Both the position numbers and the translations under genes were made by a program. From contig DAHUZB010000025.1 in assembly GCA_027306785.1 (NCBI GenBank), positions 3,783-67,782 on the forward strand: a stretch of DNA of 64,000 bases, in the 5' to 3' direction. Origin of the DNA: Vulcanimicrobiota bacterium. GTDB taxonomy: Bacteria; Vulcanimicrobiota; Vulcanimicrobiia; Vulcanimicrobiales; Vulcanimicrobiaceae. The notes under the pieces were generated by a model. That model saw only the letters and a program-made list of their open reading frames with translations, was not told the DNA's origin and searched no databases. Below are positions 57,453 to 64,000 of this stretch, piece after piece (the stretch's first letter is position 1; every line of letters begins with the position of its first letter).

Positions 57453-58754
57453 TTAGCGAACCTTCCCGAAGACGATCACGCTGTTGTGGCCGCCGAATCC
57501 GAACGAGTTCGAGAGCGCCACGTTCACCGGCGCTTTGCGCGCGACGTTCGGCACGTAATCGAGCGTGCAGTCGGGATCGGGATACTCGTAATTGATCGTG
57601 GGCGGCATGATGTCGTCGTGAACCGCGAGCACGGTCGCGATGCCTTCGAGCCCGCCCGCCGCGCCGAGCGCGTGGCCGTGCATCGATTTCGTGGAGCTCA
57701 CCGCGACCTTCGTATCGGCGCCGAAGACGCGTTGGATCGCGGTCGACTCCGCCGTGTCGCCGAGCGGCGTGGAGGTACCGTGCGCGTTGATGTACTGCAC
57801 GTCGTCGGGCTGCACGTCGGCCGACGCGAGCGCGCGGCGTAGCGCGAGCATCACGCCGTCGCCTGCGGGATCGGGCGCGACGATGTTGTACGCGTCGGCC
57901 GATTGCCCGTACCCGAGCACCTCGGCGTAGATCTTGGCTCCGCGCGCCTTGGCGTGTTCGTACTCCTCGAAGACGAAGATGCCCGAGCCTTCGCCGAGCA
58001 CGAATCCGTCGCGCTCTTTGTCGAACGGGCGCGACGCCTTGGCCGGATCGTCGTTGCGTGTGGACATCGCTTTCATCGTGCAGAATCCGCCGACGGCGAG
58101 CGGCGAGATGCAATCCTCGGTGCCGCCGGTGATCATCGCGATCGCATCGCCGTGCGCGACGTAATTGTATGCGGACACGATGGCATCGTTCGCCGATGCG
58201 CACGCACTCGCCACCGAGTACGCGGGACCGCGGAAACCGTACGCCATCGAGATGTGCGCGGTCGCGGCGTTGGCCATCAGCATCGGAATGAAGAACGGCG
58301 AGGTCTTCGCCCAGTTGCCGTTCTGCGCGGCTTTCTCCGACTCGTACCAGAAGGTCTGGATGCCGCCGATTCCGGTGCCGACGACCGCGCCCACGCGATT
58401 CTTGAATTCCTGATCGGTCGGCAGCGCGGCATCGGCAATCGCCTCGCGCGCCGCGACCAGCGCGTACTGCGCGAAGCGATCCATCCGGCGCGCTTCCTTC
58501 TTGCCGATCAGTTCATCGGCATTGAAATCCTTAACCTCGGCGGCGATGCGCGTGGTAAACACGCTCGCATCGAAGACCGTGATCGGCCCGACGCCGGATT
58601 CGCCGGCGACCAGGCGTCGCCAGAACTCGGGGGCGGTAATTCCTAAGGGCGTCACGGCGCCGAGGCCCGTGACGACTACACGTCGCTTATCCAAAACGTT
58701 CAGCAAGTTACGGCGCGCGCCGCGCTGCGCCTTCCGATCGAGCAAGCGAGCCAC
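57453..58754 (-). CDS. fabF: 3-oxoacyl-ACP synthase II
   Basis: RRVVVTGLG, the active-site Cys in SACASANDA, HGTSTPLGD and GHALGAAG. The start is uncertain: GTG at 58754, or an internal TTG just before DKRRVVV. Confidence 0.9.
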   Translation of the reverse strand: MARLLDRKAQRGARRNLLNVLDKRRVVVTGLGAVTPLGITAPEFWRRLVAGESGVGPITVFDASVFTTRIAAEVKDFNADELIGKKEARRMDRFAQYALVAAREAIADAALPTDQEFKNRVGAVVGTGIGGIQTFWYESEKAAQNGNWAKTSPFFIPMLMANAATAHISMAYGFRGPAYSVASACASANDAIVSAYNYVAHGDAIAMITGGTEDCISPLAVGGFCTMKAMSTRNDDPAKASRPFDKERDGFVLGEGSGIFVFEEYEHAKARGAKIYAEVLGYGQSADAYNIVAPDPAGDGVMLALRRALASADVQPDDVQYINAHGTSTPLGDTAESTAIQRVFGADTKVAVSSTKSMHGHALGAAGGLEGIATVLAVHDDIMPPTINYEYPDPDCTLDYVPNVARKAPVNVALSNSFGFGGHNSVIVFGKVR

Positions 58755-58807
58755 CCCCTGCGAACCGTCCCGCGATGAATCTCGTTATCGCAGGGTAGGA
58801 GGAAGCC

Positions 58808-59314
58808 ATGATCATCAAACGCCTCGCCCTCGCGGCCGTCGCACTCGCGCTGCTCGTACCCCTTGCCGCCCGTGCCGACGGCGGCGACGACCATCACCAC
58901 CACGACGATCGCCGCCCGCAGTGGACGAACGCCTGCCAGTACGGCCAGCCCTGCTATGGCCAGTACCCCTACGGCAACAACCAGGGCGGTGAGGACCGCG
59001 ACGAGCACCGCGGCAATCCCCACGGCTGCTACAGCCCGGCCGGCAACATGCGCGGCTGGTGCCGCAACCAAGGCTACAACGGGTACAACGGCTACAACGG
59101 ATACGGTCAGGGGAACGCCACGCTCGCGGGCGTGATCACCTCCGTGAACGGCTCGAGCATCACGATTCTGCAGGGCCTCTCCACTCGCACCTTCGACGCC
59201 TCGCAGGCCTTCGCGCGCCGCGCCGTCTACGGCCAGCTCTATCCGACGCGCAGCATCACGGCCTACGGCTACTATGACGGCGGCGGCTACTTCCACGCCG
59301 TCTCGATCCGCTAA
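58808..59314 (+). CDS. Secreted His/Cys/Tyr-rich protein of unknown function
   Basis: Strong Shine-Dalgarno sequence (AGGAGGAAG), signal peptide, DDHHHHDD, four Cys residues, (NGY)x3, and a beta-rich C-terminal domain. Confidence 0.55.
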   Translation: MIIKRLALAAVALALLVPLAARADGGDDHHHHDDRRPQWTNACQYGQPCYGQYPYGNNQGGEDRDEHRGNPHGCYSPAGNMRGWCRNQGYNGYNGYNGYGQGNATLAGVITSVNGSSITILQGLSTRTFDASQAFARRAVYGQLYPTRSITAYGYYDGGGYFHAVSIR

Positions 59315-59343
59315 CGCGTTCGCGGGCGTCGCGAAGTGATAGA

Positions 59344-59724
59344 ATGGGGCCACGCATGAAGCAGCTTGCCGTGGCCCTCTTCGTCTGTTCGCTTGCGCTC
59401 GCGCTCGTCACGGCGGGTGCGCGGGCCGATCAAACCTTCTGGACGATCGAAGCGGGGCCGTCGATGCCGCCCGCGCCCTCGCCCTGGCCGGTCTCGATCA
59501 ACGTCGACTATTTGACGTACGCGTGCGACTACCGCGGACGCCGCACGGCCTGCTTCTGCGAGCCGCCCAACGGCTACGATACGCGCCGCCGTTGCTACGT
59601 GGGGCATCCGCCGAGGCCGCCGTATCCGCCGCGCCCGCGCCGCTACGAACCCGGCGCCGTGCGGCAGCCCGTGCGTCCGCTGCCGCCCGTCCGCACCGCG
59701 CCCCCGGCCCCGATCCATTCGTAG
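59344..59724 (+). CDS. Secreted Cys-containing, Pro/Arg-rich protein of unknown function
   Basis: Signal peptide (MKQLAVALFVCSLALALVTAGARA), four Cys residues, and a C-terminal PPRPPYPPRPRR.. tail. The start may be ATG 59356. Confidence 0.45.
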   Translation: MGPRMKQLAVALFVCSLALALVTAGARADQTFWTIEAGPSMPPAPSPWPVSINVDYLTYACDYRGRRTACFCEPPNGYDTRRRCYVGHPPRPPYPPRPRRYEPGAVRQPVRPLPPVRTAPPAPIHS

Positions 59725-59779
59725 GCCGCCGCGTCTGCGCGCGGGCGACCGTATCGCGCTCGTCGCTCCGGCCTCGCCG

Positions 59780-60589
59780 GTGGACGCCGACGGGATCGAT
59801 CGCGCCTGCGAGAACGTGCGCGCGCTCGGCTTCGAACCCGTGCTCGGCGCGCACGCCCGCGACGCGCGCGGCTTTCTCGCGGGCGACGACGCCGACCGCG
59901 CCGAGGATCTGAACGCGGCCCTGCGCGATCCCGCGATCCGCGGCATCTTCGCGCTGAGGGGCGGCTACGGCACGATGCGACTCCTCGGCGCGCTCGACTA
60001 CGACGCGCTCGCGCGCGACCCGAAGGTGCTGCTCGGTTACTCCGATCTCACCGCGCCGCTCAACGCCTTCGCACAACGCGCGGGCGTCATCACCTTTCAC
60101 GGCCCGGTCGCCTCGGCGCCGATGAGCGAGGCCGCCCGCGAGCGGCTGCTGCGCGCGCTCACCACGACCGATTCGATGGAGCCGATCATCACCACGGCAG
60201 CGCCGATCGCGGGCGGCGCCGCGAGCGGGCCCGTCTACGGCGGCAACCTCACGCTGATCGCGCACCTCTGCGGCACGCCCTACGCGACCGATCTATGCGG
60301 CGCGATCCTCGCGATCGAGGACGTGAACGAGGCGGCCTACCGCATCGACCGCCTGCTCACCCAGCTCCGCCTCGCGGGCGCTCTCGACGGCGTGCGCGGC
60401 ATCGCGGTCGGCGACTTGGAGCATCTCGACATCGTCACCGAGCGCCTGGGCGGGCTCGGGATACCGGTCGTCGCCGGCCTGCCCTTCGGACACATCGACG
60501 AGCAATGGGTGCTCCCGATCGGCCTTGACGCCGTACTCGACGCCGAGGCCGGGAAACTCCGTTTCGCGGAGGCGGCGGTCGCCGACTAG
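59780..60589 (+). CDS. ldcA: LD-carboxypeptidase (peptidase S66, LdcA-like)
   Basis: Ser in LLGYSDLT, Glu in AIEDVNE, His in LPFGH. The conserved N-terminal strand (AGDRIALVAPASP) lies upstream of the track's GTG, in the same frame (see findings). Confidence 0.8.
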   Translation: MDADGIDRACENVRALGFEPVLGAHARDARGFLAGDDADRAEDLNAALRDPAIRGIFALRGGYGTMRLLGALDYDALARDPKVLLGYSDLTAPLNAFAQRAGVITFHGPVASAPMSEAARERLLRALTTTDSMEPIITTAAPIAGGAASGPVYGGNLTLIAHLCGTPYATDLCGAILAIEDVNEAAYRIDRLLTQLRLAGALDGVRGIAVGDLEHLDIVTERLGGLGIPVVAGLPFGHIDEQWVLPIGLDAVLDAEAGKLRFAEAAVAD

Positions 60590-60939
60590 CGCGGCTTCGC
60601 CGGACAGCGCGGGACGCCGTCCAGCTGCCGCGGCAGGATCGGCGCGGCGAGCGTCAGCGAGCGCTGCACGCCCTTCACGAAGCACAGCGTATTCGTCGAG
60701 GAAAAGCGGATCTGCCGCGGCAGCGGCTTTCCTTGCGGAGGCGAAATCGTCACGGTACGCCCCGCGACGTGCGCGATCAGACCGCCTTCAACGGCGAATC
60801 CCCGCGGCTTCTGCCCGAAATCGAGCGTCGCCGTGACCGGCAGCGGGATCGTGATGACGAGGTGCACGCCCGTTTGAGCCCCGGCGAAGGCTGGAATCAC
60901 GCTCGCGACGATCAGCGCGAGCACACCCGTATATTTCAT
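60586..60939 (-). CDS. Small secreted hypothetical protein
   Basis: Signal peptide [21 protein letters not shown]. 117 aa. I do not recognise a family. Confidence 0.45.
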   Translation of the reverse strand: MKYTGVLALIVASVIPAFAGAQTGVHLVITIPLPVTATLDFGQKPRGFAVEGGLIAHVAGRTVTISPPQGKPLPRQIRFSSTNTLCFVKGVQRSLTLAAPILPRQLDGVPRCPAKPR

Positions 60940-60986
60940 GCCTGCGTCTTTCGTCGCAGGCGGTCGGAGCTCCCAGCCGAATCCGC

Positions 60987-61015
60987 TTGCCAGGGACCAC
61001 GGGCCCTGGTATACT
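60987..61015 (+). promoter_or_regulatory. Putative sigma70-type promoter of rpmA (near-leaderless)
   Basis: TTGCCA (60987-60992), a 17-nt spacer containing the palindrome CCAGGG..CCCTGG, then TATACT (61010-61015). Only 9 nt separate it from the ATG at 61025, and there is no Shine-Dalgarno sequence. Confidence 0.45.
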
Positions 61016-61024
61016 CACCCGGCT

Positions 61025-61309
61025 ATGTTCCAGTTTGACCTGCAGCTGTTCGCGTCCAAGAAGGGCGCCGGTTCGACCCGTAACGGTCGCGATTCGAATG
61101 CCCAGCGTCTCGGCGTGAAGCGCTACGGCGGTGAGCGCGTGCTCGCGGGCAACATCCTCATTCGCCAGCGCGGCACCAAGTTCTATCCGGGCGAGAACGT
61201 CGGCATGGGCAAAGACCACACGCTCTTCGCGCTCGTCGAAGGCACGGTCGAGTTCTCGACGCGCCGCAACAAGAAGCACATCAACGTGCGTCCGGTCGTC
61301 GCCGCGTAA
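61025..61309 (+). CDS. rpmA: 50S ribosomal protein L27 with an N-terminal propeptide-like extension
   Basis: [24 protein letters not shown]... The core is canonical L27. The first 9 residues resemble the Firmicutes MLxLxLQFF|ASKKG extension. Confidence 0.93.
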   Translation: MFQFDLQLFASKKGAGSTRNGRDSNAQRLGVKRYGGERVLAGNILIRQRGTKFYPGENVGMGKDHTLFALVEGTVEFSTRRNKKHINVRPVVAA

Positions 61310-61332
61310 GCTCGCGCGAGAATCCGGTTTGC

Positions 61333-61366
61333 AGAGGGCCGCTGATGCGGCCCTCTTCTGTTTTCT
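61333..61366 (+). terminator. Rho-independent terminator after rpmA
   Basis: AGAGGGCCGC-tgat-GCGGCCCTCT followed by TCTGTTTTCT. Confidence 0.7.
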
Positions 61367-61412
61367 CCCGCCGAAGGGTCCGAGTCGGCGTTCCCGCAAC
61401 TGAGAGCACCTG

Positions 61413-62678
61413 GTGAAATTCATCGATGAAGCGACGATCGCGGTCGCGGCCGGAGACGGCGGAAACGGCATCGTCGCGTGGCGGCGCGAGAAGTACATTC
61501 CGAAAGGCGGACCGGCGGGCGGCGACGGCGGCCACGGCGGCGGCGTCTATCTCGAAGCGACGCCCGAACTCTCGACGCTCGTGGAGTTCCGTTTCAAGCG
61601 GCAATTTCACGCCGAGGCCGGTAAGGCGGGCGGCCAATCGAACAAGTCGGGCCGGAGCGGCGAGGATCTCACGATTCCCGTGCCGGTCGGCACCATCGTC
61701 TACCGCACCTTCGAAGGCAAGACCGAGCAGTTCGTGACCGATCTCGCGCAGGCGGGCGATCGGGTACTGGTCGCCAAGGGCGGCAAAGGCGGACTCGGCA
61801 ACCAGCATTTCGCCACCAGCACGCGCCAAGCGCCGCGCATCGCCTACAACGGCGAACCCGGCGAGAAGTGCAGCGTGCGTTTGGAACTGCGTCTGCTCGC
61901 GGACTGCGGTGTGATCGGCGTACCGAACGCCGGCAAATCCACGCTGCTCTCGGTCGTCTCCGCGGCGCGGCCGAAGATCGCCGACTATCCGTTCACCACG
62001 ATCGAGCCGCAGCTCGGCGTGGTGCGCGTGAGCGACGAAGAATCGTTCGTGATGGTCGACGTGCCGGGCCTGATCGAAGGCGCGCACGAAGGCGCGGGCC
62101 TGGGCGATCAATTTCTCAAACACGTCGAACGCACGCGCGCGCTCGTGCATCTGCTCGACGGCGCGAAGCCGCTCGACGAGATGCTGCACGACAAGACGAC
62201 GATCGAACGCGAACTGGGCGCGTGGAATCCGAAGCTGCTCGAAAAGCCGACGATGCTCGTCGTGAGCAAACTCGATCTCCCCGACGCGCAGGCGCGCTTG
62301 GCCGAACTGCGCGAGGCGTTTCCCGATGCGCGCGGCATCAGCTCCGCCACGCGCGAGGGCGTGCAAGAGCTCGTCTACGCGGTCTGGCAGACGATCAAAG
62401 AGGCGCCGCTGCCGGAGATCGTTACGCCGCCGCCCGCGCACATCGAACTCGTGCCGCACGATGCGTTCACCATCTCCCGTGCCAAGGACGGCGCCTTCGT
62501 GATCGAAGGCGAGCGCGTGGAACGCCTCGTCGCGATGACCAACTTCGACTCCGACGAAGGGCTCGCACGCTTCGAACGCACGCTTGCCAAGATGGGCGTC
62601 GAGAAAAAATTACGCGAACTCGGCGCGGCCGACGGCGATACCGTGCGCATCAGCGGGTACGAATTCACCTATTCATGA
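61413..62678 (+). CDS. obg: GTPase Obg/CgtA with a C-terminal OCT domain
   Basis: GGDGGHGG glycine-rich Obg fold, G1 GVPNAGKST, DVPGLIEGA, and the C-terminal ..GDTVRISGYEFTY. Confidence 0.95.
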   Translation: MKFIDEATIAVAAGDGGNGIVAWRREKYIPKGGPAGGDGGHGGGVYLEATPELSTLVEFRFKRQFHAEAGKAGGQSNKSGRSGEDLTIPVPVGTIVYRTFEGKTEQFVTDLAQAGDRVLVAKGGKGGLGNQHFATSTRQAPRIAYNGEPGEKCSVRLELRLLADCGVIGVPNAGKSTLLSVVSAARPKIADYPFTTIEPQLGVVRVSDEESFVMVDVPGLIEGAHEGAGLGDQFLKHVERTRALVHLLDGAKPLDEMLHDKTTIERELGAWNPKLLEKPTMLVVSKLDLPDAQARLAELREAFPDARGISSATREGVQELVYAVWQTIKEAPLPEIVTPPPAHIELVPHDAFTISRAKDGAFVIEGERVERLVAMTNFDSDEGLARFERTLAKMGVEKKLRELGAADGDTVRISGYEFTYS

Positions 62679-63286
62679 GACTCGGGATCTTCGGCGGCAC
62701 CTTCGACCCTATCCACAACGCGCATCTCTTCGTCGCCGAATCGGCGCGCATACTCGAAGGGCTCGACCGCGTGCTCTTCGTACCGACGCGCAATCAGCAG
62801 TATCGCGCGCCCGCCCAGATGAACCCCGCGCATCGCTGCGCGATGGTGCTCGGCGCGATCGCGAACAATCCCGCCTTCAAACTCGACGACAGCGATCTGC
62901 GCCCCGAATCCACCGGCCTCACCGCCGATCTGCTGCCGCTGCTGCGCGAGAAGTACGACGGCGCGCACCTCACCTTCATCATCGGCGCCGATTCGCTCGT
63001 GAACTCGTCGTGGCAGCGATTCGACGACGTGCTCGATCGGCTCGACCGTTTCGTGATCGCGCCGCGCCCGGGCATTCGTCCCGAAGCGCTGCAGCGGGTA
63101 ATCGACGCGGTGCCCAAACCGCTGCGCGGGCGCATCGCGATGCTCAACATGCCCGAAGTGCCCGAATCCGCGACCCTGATTCGCACGCTGCTCGCGCAGG
63201 GACGCAGCGTACGCTATCTCGTACCCGAGCCGGTATGGCAGTACATCCTCGCACACAAGCTCTACGGGTTGTCCTCGCAGCCCTGA
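62675..63286 (+). CDS. nadD: Nicotinate-nucleotide adenylyltransferase
   Basis: MRLGIFGGTFDPIHNAH. ATGA overlap with the obg stop. Confidence 0.9.
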   Translation: MRLGIFGGTFDPIHNAHLFVAESARILEGLDRVLFVPTRNQQYRAPAQMNPAHRCAMVLGAIANNPAFKLDDSDLRPESTGLTADLLPLLREKYDGAHLTFIIGADSLVNSSWQRFDDVLDRLDRFVIAPRPGIRPEALQRVIDAVPKPLRGRIAMLNMPEVPESATLIRTLLAQGRSVRYLVPEPVWQYILAHKLYGLSSQP

Positions 63287-63672
63287 TCCTGGGCGGCACC
63301 GCCGCCTGTGCATCGCACGCGGAGGCGCCGGATAACGCGGCGATCTGCGGCGCGTACGGCACGCAGGCCCAAGGCGGCGAAGTGATCGCGCGCGGCCGCG
63401 TGGTCGACGTGCTCGGCACGCGGCCCGGCAAGAGCGGAATCCACGAAGGCTATCTCGTGAAGCTCACCGGCGGCGGCTGCGACCTGCTCTTGAAGGTGGA
63501 GACCAACACCACGATCACGGGAGCGATGCCGCTACGTACCGGCGAGAACGTGACCGTCAAGGGCGTCTACGTCTACAACCCGCTCGGCGGGTTGATCCAC
63601 TGGACGCACCACGATCCGCGCGGCCGTCACGTCGACGGCTACGTGCAGGCGAACGGCGTGACGTACCGCTGA
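63235..63672 (+). CDS. DUF3465-family lipoprotein
   Basis: Lipobox GGTAAC and C-terminal ..GGLIHWTHHDPRGRHVDGYV... The ATG at 63235 overlaps the nadD end by 52 nt, so the start is uncertain. Confidence 0.65.
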   Translation: MAVHPRTQALRVVLAALILGGTAACASHAEAPDNAAICGAYGTQAQGGEVIARGRVVDVLGTRPGKSGIHEGYLVKLTGGGCDLLLKVETNTTITGAMPLRTGENVTVKGVYVYNPLGGLIHWTHHDPRGRHVDGYVQANGVTYR

Positions 63673-64000
63673 TCAGGCGCGCGTGCTGCGCGCGAAGCGA
63701 AGGCTCGCGAGCACGAAGATGACGGCGCCGTAGAGCAGCATGGGGACGATCGAATTCCACAACTCGGGAGCCCCGGCGCCGCGCACGATGATGCCCCGCT
63801 GAATCTCGACGAAGTAGGTGAGCGGGATCGCGTAACTGACGATCTGCATCGGCAGCGGCATCAGCGCGCGCTCGAAGACCGCGCCGGAGAGCAGCACCGA
63901 GGGCAGCAGAATGAAGATCGCCATCAACTGCGCCTGAATCTGCGTCTGCGCGACGGTGGAGATGAAGAGCCCGAGGCCGAGCGCCGTCATCAGGAAGCCG
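63673..64000 (-). CDS. ABC-2 type transporter permease (C-terminal part; gene continues past the window end)
   Basis: TM-rich C-terminus (..LLPSVLLSGAVF..IPLTYFVEIQRGIIVRG..) is typical of ABC-2 permeases. The frame is open to position 64000. Confidence 0.6.
   Translation of the reverse strand, partial: GFLMTALGLGLFISTVAQTQIQAQLMAIFILLPSVLLSGAVFERALMPLPMQIVSYAIPLTYFVEIQRGIIVRGAGAPELWNSIVPMLLYGAVIFVLASLRFARSTRA

Overview
A 64 kb, visibly very GC-rich bacterial chromosomal segment, densely packed with about 70 protein genes. I found no rRNA, tRNA, CRISPR array, integrase or transposase.

Most of it is conserved housekeeping:
- A minus-strand block runs mreB, murA, an 11-gene F1Fo ATP synthase operon (atpZ-I-B-E-F'-F-H-A-G-D-C), wecB, wecA, comEB, upp, glyA and rpiB. 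From memory this order looks like Firmicutes.
- A peptide or D-amino-acid salvage cluster: epimerase, DUF1611, a solute-binding lipoprotein and a C39-like peptidase.
- An LPS-core and ADP-heptose cluster (GT2/GT9 glycosyltransferases, an LpxB-related protein, hldC, hldA, gmhA) sits between aspS and accB-hisS.
- purH-smc-rnc-fabF, and rpmA-obg-nadD.

The non-housekeeping content is small but real:
1. A more AT-rich islet of about 1.6 kb (46482-48122) is bracketed by perfect 28-bp direct repeats. It carries a decayed copy of the 3' end of the neighbouring outer-membrane gene. It also has a frameshift-split gene encoding a Tat/lipobox signal, an 8-residue repeat and a glycine zipper. Downstream are a 59-aa two-TM ORF absent from the ORF track and the islet's own terminator. 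I read this as a candidate membrane-toxin/immunity cassette.
2. A GC-rich dispersed repeat (GTGTCATCCTGAGCTTGTCGAAGG-like) occurs twice in atp intergenic spacers. It also occurs as an inverted pair flanking a 6 x 18-bp tandem array inserted in frame in a GT9 glycosyltransferase.
3. Three small orphan modules: a DUF1905-like gene plus a small protein with two HExxH motifs; a two-TM protein plus a RelE/ParE-like protein; and a Zn-ribbon four-TM protein in an AT-rich gap.
4. Ribosomal protein L27 carries a Firmicutes-type Prp-cleavable N-terminal extension but stands alone behind a near-leaderless promoter.

All calls come from reading the ORF translations and the sequence by eye. Family names are recognition from memory, not search results. 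Many start codons are inferred from overlaps with neighbouring genes and remain uncertain.
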